Shown here: positions 45,264 through 56,611 of the stretch, one piece after another
How the letters are laid out: every line of letters begins with the position of its first letter
How positions within the stretch are numbered: position 1 is the first letter of the stretch
Assembly (NCBI GenBank): GCA_045113315.1
Contig: JBGUIX010000010.1
Coordinates: 3,248-67,247 of the forward strand
Direction of reading: 5' to 3'
Length of the DNA stretch: 64,000 bases
From: Bacilli bacterium
Lineage (GTDB): Bacteria; Bacillota_I; Bacilli_A; RFN20; CAG-826
The notes under the pieces: model-generated
Databases searched by the model: none
The model's input: only the letters and a program-made list of their open reading frames with translations
Told to the model about the DNA's origin: nothing
Position numbers and translations under genes: made by a program

Positions 45264-45449
45264 TTACCAAGATGATTTCTTCATGCCTGGAATTTCGCCT
45301 TTATAAGCTAATTCTCTAATGCAGATACGGCATAAATGGAATTTTGAATAGACAGAATGAGGACGTCCACAACGTTCACATCTAGTGTATTCTCTAACTT
45401 TGAATTTTTGTGGTCTAGATTGTCTGACCTTTAAACTAGTTTTAGCCAT
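45264..45449 (-). CDS. rpsN: 30S ribosomal protein S14, zinc-binding type Z
   Basis: 61 aa with [20 protein letters not shown]. Confidence 0.95.
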   Translation of the reverse strand: MAKTSLKVRQSRPQKFKVREYTRCERCGRPHSVYSKFHLCRICIRELAYKGEIPGMKKSSW

Positions 45450-45463
45450 TGTGCACTCCTTTC

Positions 45464-46174
45464 TTATCTAGAGAATGGCATACCCATTAAATCTAATAAT
45501 GTATATGCTTCTTCGTCTTTACTTGCAGTGGTAACGATAACGATATCCATACCACGCACTTTTGCGACCTTATCATAATCGATTTCAGGGAAGATTAATT
45601 GTTCCTTGATACCTAATGTGTAGTTACCACGACCATCGAAAGCGTTTTTGCTAACACCACGGAAGTCACGGACACGTGGTAAGGCGATGGAGACTAATTT
45701 ATCGAAGAAGTCCCACATACGGACACCACGTAAGGTCACTTTACAACCAATTTCTTGACCTTCTCTTAATTTGAAGGAAGCGATGGATTTTTTCGCTTTG
45801 GTAATGACTGGTTTTTGACCAGTGATTTGGCTTAATTCGCTAACCGCTTCTTCAAGTCTTTTGCCATCTTGAGTGGCATCACCAACACCGATGTTGATGA
45901 CGATCTTAGATAGACCTGGGATTTGCATCACGGAAGAATAATGATATTTTTCTAATAATGCTTTTCTCACTTCAGTGTCATATTTGACTTTCAAACGAGG
46001 TTGAATAGCGGAAACTTTGTTTCCAGAGCCTTTCTTTGCCACTTTTTTGGCTTTTGGGGCTTCTTTTACTTCAGCTTCAACTTTTGGTTCAACTTCTTTT
46101 GGAGCGACTTTCTTTGGAGCGGTTTTGGCTGTGGAGGTTTTCTTCGCAGCAACTTTCTTTGTTTCTTCTGCCAT
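45464..46174 (-). CDS. rplE: 50S ribosomal protein L5 with a K/A/E/P-rich N-terminal extension of about 58 aa
   Basis: Core [19 protein letters not shown] ... Start at ATG 46174 (MAEETKK) with RBS AAGGAGGAA; the tracked ORF start at 46282 runs into rplX. Confidence 0.9.
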   Translation of the reverse strand: MAEETKKVAAKKTSTAKTAPKKVAPKEVEPKVEAEVKEAPKAKKVAKKGSGNKVSAIQPRLKVKYDTEVRKALLEKYHYSSVMQIPGLSKIVINIGVGDATQDGKRLEEAVSELSQITGQKPVITKAKKSIASFKLREGQEIGCKVTLRGVRMWDFFDKLVSIALPRVRDFRGVSKNAFDGRGNYTLGIKEQLIFPEIDYDKVAKVRGMDIVIVTTASKDEEAYTLLDLMGMPFSR

Positions 46175-46187
46175 AATACTTTCCTCC

Positions 46188-46493
46188 TTATAGCACGGTG
46201 CCGCTCTTCTTGGCGACACGAACTTTTTTGCCTTTAACAACTTTATGACCAATTCTAGTTGGTTTTTTGGTTTTTGGATCAACTAACATAACGTTAGAAG
46301 CATCAATTGGTGCATAGATCTCAACGATACCACCTTCAGGATTGGCTTGAGTTGGTTTTCTGTGTTTCTTTCTTAAATTGACGTTTTCCACGACAACTCT
46401 GTTACTTTCAGGAATAACTTTTTGGATTACGCCAGTTTTACCTTTATCGCGACCTGCGATAACGATGACGGTATCACCTTTAACTAAATTCAT
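46188..46493 (-). CDS. rplX: 50S ribosomal protein L24
   Basis: [19 protein letters not shown], a KOW motif. Confidence 0.95.
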   Translation of the reverse strand: MNLVKGDTVIVIAGRDKGKTGVIQKVIPESNRVVVENVNLRKKHRKPTQANPEGGIVEIYAPIDASNVMLVDPKTKKPTRIGHKVVKGKKVRVAKKSGTVL

Positions 46494-46509
46494 AGTTTCT
46501 TATTCCTCC

Positions 46510-46887
46510 TTATAACACTTCTGGGGCTAATGAAACGATTTTCATAAATCCTTCAACCCCACAATCACGTAATTCTCTGGCCACAGGACCAAACACACGT
46601 GTACCCACAGGCGCATTATCATCATTAATAATAACGACTGCGTTGTCATCGAATGCGATTTGGGAACCATCTGGTCTATTGATAGCCTTTTTAGTTCTCA
46701 CGATAACGCATCTGACGACGTCACCTTTTTTCACCTTACCATTTGGAAGGGCATCTTTAACGGCACATTTGATAATGTCACCGATAGAAGATGATTTACG
46801 GGTGGAACCACCATAGAGGGTGAAAGCACGGACAGAACGTGCACCACTGTTATCAGCGACAACAAGGTTTGTTTCTTTCTGGATCAT
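46510..46887 (-). CDS. rplN: 50S ribosomal protein L14
   Basis: [17 protein letters not shown] ... The start overlaps the rpsQ stop (TAATG). Confidence 0.95.
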   Translation of the reverse strand: MIQKETNLVVADNSGARSVRAFTLYGGSTRKSSSIGDIIKCAVKDALPNGKVKKGDVVRCVIVRTKKAINRPDGSQIAFDDNAVVIINDDNAPVGTRVFGPVARELRDCGVEGFMKIVSLAPEVL

Positions 46888-47333
46888 TACTTACTTTCCT
46901 CCTTTGGTTCTTCTTCTTTTACTTCTTTTGCCTTTCTAGCAGCAGGTTTCTTGGCAGGAGCTTCCACCTTGACTTCTTCTACTTTTTCTTCTTCTGCTTT
47001 TGGGGCTTCTTTTAAGTCAACTTCAGCTTCTAAGATTTCTTCTTTTAATTCCGCTTCAGCTTCTTTAACAGATAAGACGGCTTTCTTATCGATGCTCACT
47101 AATCTGAATCTCTTTAAAGCGGATAAGCGTCTAGTTTCCATAATGGTCACTGTATCGCCATTCTTCGCTTCATTGTTTTCATCATGAGCGTAATATTTTT
47201 TACCGTATTTCACACGTTTGCCGTATTTGGCGTGTCTTTTGTGTGTTTCAACAAGGACGACAATTGTTTTGTCATTCTTATCACTAACAACGACACCTTG
47301 GACGCTACGACGAGATGTAACTTTTCTTTCCAT
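46887..47333 (-). CDS. rpsQ: 30S ribosomal protein S17 with an E/K/A-rich C-terminal extension of about 60 aa
   Basis: Core [29 protein letters not shown], followed by a low-complexity tail that ends EEPKEESK. Confidence 0.9.
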   Translation of the reverse strand: MERKVTSRRSVQGVVVSDKNDKTIVVLVETHKRHAKYGKRVKYGKKYYAHDENNEAKNGDTVTIMETRRLSALKRFRLVSIDKKAVLSVKEAEAELKEEILEAEVDLKEAPKAEEEKVEEVKVEAPAKKPAARKAKEVKEEEPKEESK

Positions 47334-47346
47334 TTATTTGTCCTCC

Positions 47347-47544
47347 TTATTTCTTGGCGAGTTCGCGTTCTCTTAATACTAAGTTGATACGCGCGATGTC
47401 TTTTCTCACGCCGATGACATCTTCTGGTTTTTCTAAGGCTCCAACAGCTTTCTTTCTGCGGAGTTCGAATAATTGTTCTTGTAAGGAATAGAGCTTTTCT
47501 TTTAATTCAGCACTTGTTAATTCACGAACTTCATTAATTTTCAT
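47347..47544 (-). CDS. rpmC: 50S ribosomal protein L29
   Basis: 65 aa, ELKEKLYSLQEQLFELR. Confidence 0.9.
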   Translation of the reverse strand: MKINEVRELTSAELKEKLYSLQEQLFELRRKKAVGALEKPEDVIGVRKDIARINLVLRERELAKK

Positions 47545-47546
47545 AA

Positions 47547-47960
47547 TTACTCTTCTCCTTTCTTGACCACTTTACATTTGATTGGGAGTTTGTAAGCTGC
47601 TAAACGAAGAGCTTCTCTGGCGGCATCTTCTGGGACACCCGCCATCTCGAACATAATTGTTCCTTGTCTGACGACTGCCACCCAATCTTCTGGTGAACCT
47701 TTACCAGAACCCATACGGGTACCGGCAGCTTTCACGGTTTTAGCGAGGTGTGGGAAGATACGAATGTAAACTTTCCCACCTCTTTTGGTATATCTACTGA
47801 CGACGATACGTGCCGCTTCAATTTGGCGGGTGGTGATCCACGCACCTTCTAAGGCTTCTAGTCCATATTCACCAAAGGCGACTGTGGTACCAGATGTCGC
47901 TTTACCTTCATATCTAATGATATGTGGACGACGATATTTCACACGTTTTGGTTGTAACAT
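47547..47960 (-). CDS. rplP: 50S ribosomal protein L16
   Basis: [13 protein letters not shown] ... [16 protein letters not shown]. Confidence 0.95.
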   Translation of the reverse strand: MLQPKRVKYRRPHIIRYEGKATSGTTVAFGEYGLEALEGAWITTRQIEAARIVVSRYTKRGGKVYIRIFPHLAKTVKAAGTRMGSGKGSPEDWVAVVRQGTIMFEMAGVPEDAAREALRLAAYKLPIKCKVVKKGEE

Positions 47961-47962
47961 GA

Positions 47963-48646
47963 CTATTCTCCTTTCCCTTCAGAAGATTTCTTTTGAAGTT
48001 CAGGACGAATCTCACCACGGCAGATCCAAACTTTGACACCTAAACGGCCATATTGGGTTGCAGCGTGGTAGACAGCGAAGTCGATGTCGCTTCTTAAGGT
48101 ATGAAGAGGAATAACACCTTCTTTATAGCCTTCACTACGAGCGATATCAGCGCCGCCTAAACGACCTGAGACAACTGTACGGATACCTTTCGCACCGGCT
48201 TTACGAACTCTTTGAATAGCTTTCTTTTGCGCGGTTCTGAAACTGGCTCTTTCTTCTAATTGTTTACCGATGCTTTGCGCCACGATGTTAGCGTCTAAGT
48301 CAGGATTTTTGACTTCAACAACATCAACCTTCACGCTTGTCGCACTGAGTAATTTAGATAAATCTTCTTTAATTTTATTAATTGTTTTTCCGTCTTGTCC
48401 GATGACGACGCCTGGACGGGCGACGAAGATGGAGACGGTGGCGTTATTACCTTTGTCGTAAGATTTACTTCTTTGAATTTCGACGTGGGATAATAAGGCA
48501 TCTTTAAGGTTCTTTTCGAGATATTCACGGACTTTGATGTCTTCGTTGAGGAACACATGGAATTCGTGTTCGTTAGCGTACCAACGTGAATTCCAATTGC
48601 GGTTGACGCCAACACGCATACCGACTGGATTAACTTTTTGACCCAT
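47963..48646 (-). CDS. rpsC: 30S ribosomal protein S3
   Basis: [18 protein letters not shown], a KH domain, and [12 protein letters not shown]. Confidence 0.95.
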   Translation of the reverse strand: MGQKVNPVGMRVGVNRNWNSRWYANEHEFHVFLNEDIKVREYLEKNLKDALLSHVEIQRSKSYDKGNNATVSIFVARPGVVIGQDGKTINKIKEDLSKLLSATSVKVDVVEVKNPDLDANIVAQSIGKQLEERASFRTAQKKAIQRVRKAGAKGIRTVVSGRLGGADIARSEGYKEGVIPLHTLRSDIDFAVYHAATQYGRLGVKVWICRGEIRPELQKKSSEGKGE

Positions 48647-48659
48647 TGATATTTTCCTC

Positions 48660-49178
48660 CTATCTCATTTTGACCACTACATATAAGTGGCTGTTTCTTT
48701 TCACTAAACCAGAAGCGGAACCTTTCGCTCTTGGTAAGTATCTCTTCATTCTTAAGCCATCGTTGGCGTAGATTTCAGAGATGTATAAGCTATCTTCATC
48801 CATACCGAAGTTGTTAACAGCGTTAGCAGCCGCGGATTTGATGAGTTTGCTAACAGGTTCAGATGCCGCTTTATTTAAGTTCGCTAAGATGCCTAAGGCA
48901 ACTTTCACATCTTTACCTCTAACGAGATCCATCACTAATCTAGCTTTACGAGGAGTGATTCTCACGTTTTTAGAAACCGCACGCGCTTCAGTTGGCATTG
49001 GTTTCTTTGGAGTTTCAACTTTCTTTTCAGCTTTCTTAGCTTTGACTTCTTTTTTAGGAGCTTCACTAACAGGAGCTTTCACTTCTTCTACTTTCGCTTC
49101 TGCTTTTGGAGCGGCTTTTTTAGGAGCAGCTTTCTTTGCAGGGGCTTTAGCAGCAGTGACTTTCTTTTCTTCTGCCAT
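48660..49178 (-). CDS. rplV: 50S ribosomal protein L22 with a K/A/P-rich N-terminal extension of about 60 aa
   Basis: Core ARAVSKNVRITPRKARLVMDLVRGK. The extension has its own RBS AGGAGG. Confidence 0.9.
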   Translation of the reverse strand: MAEEKKVTAAKAPAKKAAPKKAAPKAEAKVEEVKAPVSEAPKKEVKAKKAEKKVETPKKPMPTEARAVSKNVRITPRKARLVMDLVRGKDVKVALGILANLNKAASEPVSKLIKSAAANAVNNFGMDEDSLYISEIYANDGLRMKRYLPRAKGSASGLVKRNSHLYVVVKMR

Positions 49179-49188
49179 AACTTACCTC

Positions 49189-49482
49189 CTATTTAGCGGC
49201 CGCGGCAGCTTTATCTTCTGCTGTGTGGCCTGTATGTCCGGTGAATTTTCTCGTTGGAGAGAATTCGCCTAATTTATGTCCGACCATATCTTCTGTGACA
49301 TACACAGAGATGTGTTCTCTACCGTTATATACTGCGAAGGTATGTCCGACAAATGATGGGAATATTGTGCTACGACGGGACCATGTCTTAATGATCTCTT
49401 TCTTATTAGCAGCATTTAACGCTTCGACTTTTCTCATTAATGATTCATCGACGAATGCGCCTTTTTTCAAGCTTCTTGCCAT
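49189..49482 (-). CDS. rpsS: 30S ribosomal protein S19
   Basis: [12 protein letters not shown] ... [13 protein letters not shown]. Confidence 0.95.
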   Translation of the reverse strand: MARSLKKGAFVDESLMRKVEALNAANKKEIIKTWSRRSTIFPSFVGHTFAVYNGREHISVYVTEDMVGHKLGEFSPTRKFTGHTGHTAEDKAAAAAK

Positions 49483-49504
49483 AATTCATTTTCCTCCTTC
49501 TACA

Positions 49505-50338
49505 CTATTTACCGTTTCTTCTACGGACGATTAATTTGGTGGATGCTTTTTTCACTTTACGTGTCTTCACACCGAGAGCACGTTTGCCCCAAGGGGTACG
49601 TGGTGCGTCACGTCCAACTGGACACTTACCTTCACCACCACCATGAGGGTGATCGTTCGGGTTCATAACAGAACCTCTGACTGTTGGTCTAACACCTAAC
49701 CATCTGGTTTTACCAGCCTTACCACTATTGATTAGGTTCCAGTCTTCATTACCGACGAAACCGACGGTCGCGCGGCATTCTTTTAAGATTTTACGAACTT
49801 CGCCAGAAGCTAATCTCACGAGCACGTATTTTCCTTCGTTACCGAGCACTTGTGCGGCTGCACCTGCGGCACGGCAGAGCTGACCACCATTACCAGGTAC
49901 TAATTCGATGTTATGGATGAATGTACCTTCTGGAATGCTCTTTAAGCACATCGCATTACCAGGCATGATATCAACTGCTTCACCAGACCAGACTTTATAT
50001 CCGATCTTGATATCCTTTGGAGCGAGGATATAACGCTTTTCACCATCTGCATAGCAGACTAAGCAAATATTTGCATTGCGGTTTGGATCGTATTCGATAG
50101 TTTTCACAACCGCTGGGATATTGTCTTTATTACGTTTGAAGTCAATAACACGATATTTACGTTTATGACCTCCACCAATGTGACGGCAGGTAATTTTACC
50201 TTGGTTATTTCTACCGCCAGATTTGGATAAACTGACTAATAATGATTTCTCAGGAGTTTTTGTTGTGATTTCTTCGAATGTCGAATTTGTCATGTTCCTA
50301 CGGCTTGCGGACGTAGGTTTGTAAGTTCTAATAGACAT
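49505..50338 (-). CDS. rplB: 50S ribosomal protein L2
   Basis: [23 protein letters not shown] ... [13 protein letters not shown]. Confidence 0.95.
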   Translation of the reverse strand: MSIRTYKPTSASRRNMTNSTFEEITTKTPEKSLLVSLSKSGGRNNQGKITCRHIGGGHKRKYRVIDFKRNKDNIPAVVKTIEYDPNRNANICLVCYADGEKRYILAPKDIKIGYKVWSGEAVDIMPGNAMCLKSIPEGTFIHNIELVPGNGGQLCRAAGAAAQVLGNEGKYVLVRLASGEVRKILKECRATVGFVGNEDWNLINSGKAGKTRWLGVRPTVRGSVMNPNDHPHGGGEGKCPVGRDAPRTPWGKRALGVKTRKVKKASTKLIVRRRNGK

Positions 50339-50377
50339 TACTTTTCCTCCTATAATTTGGAATTAATCGAACTTAGA

Positions 50378-50719
50378 TTATTCCTTGAATAAGTCAATCG
50401 CTTCGCCTTCTGCGATAGTAACGATTGCTTTCTTATAACCGGAGATCTTACCTGAATAACGGGTACCTCTGGTTGTTTCTTTCGCTCTGACATTGCTGAC
50501 GCGGACATCTTCAACTTTAACTTGGAAGATTCTTTCGACTGCTAATTTAATTTCAGTCTTGTTCGCGCTGTCGAGGACTTTCACCGTGATCTTGTTTTGA
50601 TTTTGCATCAAATCCATGCTCTTCTCAGTGACTCTTGGTTCAAGAATGACTTCGAAGTCTTTCGCGGTTGGTTTCGCAAAGCGGTTTGAAGCTTTAGCTT
50701 CTGTTTTCTTGGCTGCCAT
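50378..50719 (-). CDS. rplW: 50S ribosomal protein L23 (short N-terminal extension)
   Basis: ILEPRVTEKSMDLMQ ... KKAIVTIAEG. Confidence 0.9.
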   Translation of the reverse strand: MAAKKTEAKASNRFAKPTAKDFEVILEPRVTEKSMDLMQNQNKITVKVLDSANKTEIKLAVERIFQVKVEDVRVSNVRAKETTRGTRYSGKISGYKKAIVTIAEGEAIDLFKE

Positions 50720-50720
50720 A

Positions 50721-51362
50721 TTACTTCAAAACCTCCTTTTGTAAATTTTCCACTGAAGATTTTGTGAATAAGACACTATCAACATTTAATAAGTCAACAA
50801 CACTCACATTATCAACAGTAACTAATTTGACCCAGTTAACATTGCTCGCGCTATAGAATGTATTTTCATCAAATTCATCAACAACAACGAGAACTTTGTT
50901 ACCAACTTTTAAGGCATCTAAGACCTTTAAGAATTCTTTAGTTTTCTTTTCGGTGAATTTTAATTCATCGACAACCACTAATCCTTGTTTAGCTTTTAAG
51001 CTTAAGGCACTTCTTAATGCTAAGTTGTGGGCTTTCTTGTTTTGGGAAATCTTATAAGATTGATTTCCATCTGGTCCGAAGACCGTTCCACCACCAACCC
51101 AAATTGGTGATCTGGTTGTACCTGCACGAGCACGGCCGGTACCTTTTTGACGGAATGGTTTCTTTCCGCCACCACTCACCTCGTGACGAACTTTTGTTTT
51201 CGCTGTCGCTTGGCGAGCGTTGCTTTGTTCAACTTGAACAGCGTCGAACATAACTTGGTTATTAGGTTCAATACCGAAGACTTCAGCACTTAAACTTAAT
51301 TTGGAAACTTCTTCGCCAGCTCTGTTAAAGACTTTAACGCTGACTGATTTCTTTTCTGCCAT
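50721..51362 (-). CDS. rplD: 50S ribosomal protein L4
   Basis: GGGKKPFRQKGTGRARAGTTRSPIWVGGG. Confidence 0.95.
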   Translation of the reverse strand: MAEKKSVSVKVFNRAGEEVSKLSLSAEVFGIEPNNQVMFDAVQVEQSNARQATAKTKVRHEVSGGGKKPFRQKGTGRARAGTTRSPIWVGGGTVFGPDGNQSYKISQNKKAHNLALRSALSLKAKQGLVVVDELKFTEKKTKEFLKVLDALKVGNKVLVVVDEFDENTFYSASNVNWVKLVTVDNVSVVDLLNVDSVLFTKSSVENLQKEVLK

Positions 51363-51377
51363 CTTTATGTCCTCCTA

Positions 51378-52130
51378 CTATTCAGCTTTTGCTTCAGGAG
51401 CGGCTTCCACTACTGGGGCTTCTTCCACCACAGGAGCTTTTTCTTCCACTACTGGAGCAGGTGTACGATCAATTAAGGTCTTGACCGCTTTCGGATTCTT
51501 AACCACTTTGACGGCGTCACGGATGACGACGATTCCTTTACGAGGACCAGGTAATCCACCTTTAACTAAGATGTAATTCTTTTCCGCGTTCACTGCGATA
51601 ATGGTTAAGTTTAATAATGTCGCAGATTCGTTACCCATGTGTCCGGACATGTGTTTACCAGGCATAACACCGTGGTTGTAACGACCATTATTAGCGAAGG
51701 AACCTTGGCCTCTGTGATATCCTGAACCATGTCCCTTTGGACCGATAGTCATATTCCAGCGTTTGATGGTGCCGGTATAACCATGACCCTTGCTAGTTCC
51801 AATAACATCGACGATATCTCCAGCTTTGAAGATTTCGGCGGTGATCTTGTCACCTAATTGATATTTGGCCATTTCATCACCACGTAATTCTTTACTGACA
51901 TAATGTGGGGTGGTGTTTGCTTTAGCGGCAATACCTTTTTCACATTTGTTAGCACGAGATTCACGTTTTTCTTCATAGCCAACTTGCACTGCTACATAGC
52001 CATCTTTTTCTAAAGTTTTGACTTGTGTAACAACGTTTGGTAAGACTTCGACGACTGTAACTGGGTACATTGTTCCATCTTCAGCGAAGACTTCAGTCAT
52101 GCCCATTTTGCGTCCAACGATTGCTTTCAT
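51378..52130 (-). CDS. rplC: 50S ribosomal protein L3 with a P/V/E/A-rich C-terminal extension
   Basis: Core GTSKGHGYTGTIKRWN, followed by the tail TPAPVVEEKAPVVEEAPVVEAAPEAKAE. Confidence 0.9.
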   Translation of the reverse strand: MKAIVGRKMGMTEVFAEDGTMYPVTVVEVLPNVVTQVKTLEKDGYVAVQVGYEEKRESRANKCEKGIAAKANTTPHYVSKELRGDEMAKYQLGDKITAEIFKAGDIVDVIGTSKGHGYTGTIKRWNMTIGPKGHGSGYHRGQGSFANNGRYNHGVMPGKHMSGHMGNESATLLNLTIIAVNAEKNYILVKGGLPGPRKGIVVIRDAVKVVKNPKAVKTLIDRTPAPVVEEKAPVVEEAPVVEAAPEAKAE

Positions 52131-52144
52131 TGACTCTTACCTCC

Positions 52145-52456
52145 TTATAATTTGAATGCGATATCAACTCCAGCAGGTAAATCGAGATTTTTAATTGCAT
52201 CGAATGTTTCCTTTTTTGGATTGTTAATATCGATAACGCGTTTGTGTGTTCTGATTTCGAATTGTTCACGAGAATCCTTATACTTGTGAACCGCTCTTAA
52301 AATCGTAAAAACTTGCTTTTCCGTAGGGAGCGGAATAGGACCCACAACGGTAGCCCCTGTCTTTTTCGCTGCCTCAACAATCTTCGCCGCACTAGAATCT
52401 AGGATGACGTGATCGTAAGCTTTTAAGCGAACCCTAATCTTGGTAGCTTTTGCCAT
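52145..52456 (-). CDS. rpsJ: 30S ribosomal protein S10
   Basis: [17 protein letters not shown] ... THKRVIDI. Confidence 0.95.
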   Translation of the reverse strand: MAKATKIRVRLKAYDHVILDSSAAKIVEAAKKTGATVVGPIPLPTEKQVFTILRAVHKYKDSREQFEIRTHKRVIDINNPKKETFDAIKNLDLPAGVDIAFKL

Positions 52457-52582
52457 GAAATTTCCTCCTTTATCACTTCAGGCTTTGACTTCAACCTGCT
52501 CAGAACGAATTACCTGAACACACCTTCATGACAACGCCTGTGGGTGTGTCAGCAACCTCGCACTTCAACGCGGGCAGTCAAC
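52457..52582 (-). promoter_or_regulatory. Structured, relatively GC-rich 5' leader of the S10 operon
   Basis: About 125 nt between the promoter and rpsJ. It contains a hairpin CUGACACACC ... GGUGUGUUCAG (10 bp, one bulge) and three copies of a UGAAGU(G/C) motif, two of them extended to UUGAAGU(G/C). Confidence 0.5.
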
Positions 52583-52588
52583 GTGAAA

Positions 52589-52617
52589 ATCATACCCCTC
52601 ATATATGTGCGTGTCAA
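52589..52617 (-). promoter_or_regulatory. S10 operon promoter
   Basis: Minus strand: TTGACA (52612-52617), 17-nt spacer, TATGAT (52589-52594). Confidence 0.7.
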
Positions 52618-52682
52618 ATATTTTTTATAAAAATTATTAAATATAGAAATCCCGTATATGAAAAATTACCCAAAATTAGCAC

Positions 52683-52709
52683 AAAAAAACGACTTATTTT
52701 ACGTCGCTT
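52683..52709 (-). terminator. Rho-independent terminator after queH
   Basis: Minus-strand AAGCGAC-9 nt loop-GUCGUUU followed by UUUUG. Confidence 0.5.
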
Positions 52710-52736
52710 TTTGTCATTTTTCCGATTTTTGAGGCC

Positions 52737-53369
52737 TTATTTTTGCTTTTTTTCGAGGTATTTTTGATAGGAATATTTACAACCACAATACTCTTGAAAG
52801 TACATCTCGTGTTCTCTCACAATTTGTAATGATTTTTGATATCCGTCATTCTTTTTAAAATCAGCATCCAGCCATTTTACAGGTGAAAACTCTTTCTCTA
52901 ATTCATGCCCAATACGATTCAGATCTTGAGAATTTTTATATCTTGAAATAGTCATCACTGTTCCAAAATATTCAAAATTATGAGCTTTAGCGTATTCAAA
53001 TCCTTGTCTTAGTCTCTTTCTAAAACAAAGGCGACAACGTTCGTTACCTTCGTAGTCATCTGCAAGTGGTTCTAAATCTTTGTTGTAGTTTAAATTATCA
53101 TAAGGAAATTCCACGAACTCAACGTCCGCTTTTATGCTTCTTATATATTCCTTAAATTCGTTTAAACGACGATGATATTCTTCTTCTGGATAGATATTGG
53201 AATTATTATAGACAATAGTGATCTTAAAATAGTCTTTTATTAATTCATAAGGATAGGTGAAACAAGGACCACAACAGGCATGCAAACAAAGAGTGGGTTT
53301 TTGCCCATTTTCTTGAATTTCGGCGAGTTTTTGCAATAATTTTTCTTGATAATTGATTTTATTTTCCAT
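52737..53369 (-). CDS. queH: Epoxyqueuosine reductase QueH (DUF208)
   Basis: LHACCGPC motif plus downstream Cys residues (CRLC, CGC). ATG at 53369 overlaps the queA end by 11 nt; the tracked start is TTG. Confidence 0.8.
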   Translation of the reverse strand: MENKINYQEKLLQKLAEIQENGQKPTLCLHACCGPCFTYPYELIKDYFKITIVYNNSNIYPEEEYHRRLNEFKEYIRSIKADVEFVEFPYDNLNYNKDLEPLADDYEGNERCRLCFRKRLRQGFEYAKAHNFEYFGTVMTISRYKNSQDLNRIGHELEKEFSPVKWLDADFKKNDGYQKSLQIVREHEMYFQEYCGCKYSYQKYLEKKQK

Positions 53370-54389
53370 ATAAGAACATCGAATCACCAAAGGAGAAGAA
53401 ACGGTATTTTTCTTCCACCGCGTGCTTATATAATTCCAAAGTAAATTCTCTTCCTGCGAAGGCAGAAACGAGCATAATTAATGTTGATTTTGGCAAATGG
53501 AAATTTGTAATAATAGCTTCAACCGCTTTAAACTCATAGCCTGGCTGAATGAAGATATTAGTTGCTTCTCTTGTAGGTTTGAAACAATTATATTTTGAAT
53601 AGTTAGCTTCTAAGGTTCTAACAGAGGTTGTACCTATAGCAATAATACGTTTATGTTCCGCTTTAGCTTTATTTAATCTAGTAGCAGCTTCTTCACTGAT
53701 CTCATAAACTTCGCTATGCATAACATGATCTTTAGTGTCTTCCACTTTTACTGGTCTAAAAGTTCCAAGACCAATATGAAGTGTAATATCAATAACTTCG
53801 ACACCTTTAGCTTTTATTCTTTCAAATAGTTCTTCTGTGAAATGGAAACCAGCAGTCGGTGCGGCTGCACTTCCTTCATATTTCGCATAAACTGTTTGGT
53901 ATCTATCGTTTTCGCATAATTGCTCTCTTATATAAGGTGGTAATGGCATTTTACCTAACTGATCTAAGACTTCTAAAAAGATTCCATCATAGATGAATTT
54001 AAATACTCTAATACCTTCTTCTCTTTCTTCGATACATTCCGCAATAAGCTTTCCATCACCGAAATCGACTCTAGCACCGACTTTTAAGGATTTAGCGGGT
54101 CTAGTTAAGCATTCCCAATTATCGCCTTCTATTTGCTTTAAAAGAAGTAATTCGCAATGCGCTCCAGTTTTTTCTTTAATACCTAATAATCTCGCAGGAA
54201 TAACTTTGGTATTATTTCTGACTAAAACATCTCCCGCATGGAGATAATCGATTATATCGAAGAAATGTTTATCTTCATATTTTTTCTCTTTTAAATTCAC
54301 CGCTAAAAGACGAGATTCATCTCTTTTCTTAGCGGGAGTTTGAGCGATCAATTCTTCAGGAAGATAAAAATCAAATAGATTAATATTCA

Positions 54390-54390
<1 letters not shown>
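53359..54390 (-). CDS. queA: S-adenosylmethionine:tRNA ribosyltransferase-isomerase
   Basis: [15 protein letters not shown] ... PLPPYI ... GTTSVRTLE. Confidence 0.9.
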
Positions 54391-55535
<1,145 letters not shown>

Positions 55536-55695
55536 TTACCATTTAAAAGCAATATTTGCTTTGCTCTTATTAATTCATAGAATCTATGTTTGTTTCTAAA
55601 AATGATATTGGGTAGGTTATATATATTAAAAACGAAATATAATGCCACAATCATCTAATTTGTGACAATATCTCTGGTGACGATTTTGCCCATTT

Positions 55696-56610
55696 TTATT
55701 TGCGTTTAATCTCTTCCAAAACTAAAGGAAGAATATCGACAACTTTTATATAATTTGAGAAGTTCTTTTCTATAGTATTTGTGACAACTAAGTCCGCCAC
55801 TTTTGATCTTCTTAATTTAGTTAAGCAGCCTTTTGATAAAACAGCATGTGTTGCTGAAACAAGCACCTTTTGCGCTCCATTTTTGTGCAAAAGTTCGCTA
55901 GCTGATGCAATTGTGCCGCCTGTATCAATAATGTCATCAATGAGAATACAAATCTTTCCTTTGACTTGTTCACCATCAATTTCTAAGTGTTCTGCTCTAT
56001 TAGCTTGAGGACGCACTTTATCTAAAATCACTATATCGATTCCACCTAGTTCTCTGGATAACATATCTGCTCTTGTATTACTACCATGATCAGGTGAAAC
56101 AATAACCACATTTTTAGGGTCGATATGATGAACATTAAAATAGTGTGTATAGTATTGAGCGAATAATCTTGTTGTAGGTTTATTTGTAACTTTGTGTTTG
56201 AAGAAGCCTTCAATCATTGGATGATGTAAGTCAAAACATGTTAAATCATCAAAATCAGCGGTATCAACAAGTTTAGCGACAACCTCACAACTCACAGGTT
56301 CATTAGTCCAACTAACTCTTTCTTGTCTGGAGTAGGCAAAATAGGGCATAAATAGTTTTATTGATCTAGCGCCTGCTCTTTTTACAGAATCGAGCAATAA
56401 CAACAAAGAGAATAATTCATCGTTTACGTTTTTAGATGTGGATTGAACAATAATGACATCTTTATCTTTCACATCAGAAGAACTCTTCACCATGATTTCA
56501 CCATCAGCAAAGGTCTTTTTATAAATCTTCCCTAATTCCGCATTTAAATAATTAGCAATTTCTTTTGCTAAGTTTTTATTACCGGAAATGGAGAAAACAA
56601 TATAATTCAT
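55696..56610 (-). CDS. prs: Ribose-phosphate pyrophosphokinase
   Basis: PYFAYSRQER and the PRPP loop ILIDDIIDTGGT. Confidence 0.9.
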   Translation of the reverse strand: MNYIVFSISGNKNLAKEIANYLNAELGKIYKKTFADGEIMVKSSSDVKDKDVIIVQSTSKNVNDELFSLLLLLDSVKRAGARSIKLFMPYFAYSRQERVSWTNEPVSCEVVAKLVDTADFDDLTCFDLHHPMIEGFFKHKVTNKPTTRLFAQYYTHYFNVHHIDPKNVVIVSPDHGSNTRADMLSRELGGIDIVILDKVRPQANRAEHLEIDGEQVKGKICILIDDIIDTGGTIASASELLHKNGAQKVLVSATHAVLSKGCLTKLRRSKVADLVVTNTIEKNFSNYIKVVDILPLVLEEIKRK

Positions 56611-56611
56611 A

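Noticed and set aside
46001-49272. Plus-strand ORFs inside the ribosomal cluster (46001-46237, 46951-47187, 47184-47387, 47785-48036, 48270-48461, 48781-49272, 49223-49534)
   Set aside because: All are antisense to highly conserved ribosomal protein genes. Most fall in the K/A/E low-complexity extensions, whose complement stays open by composition.
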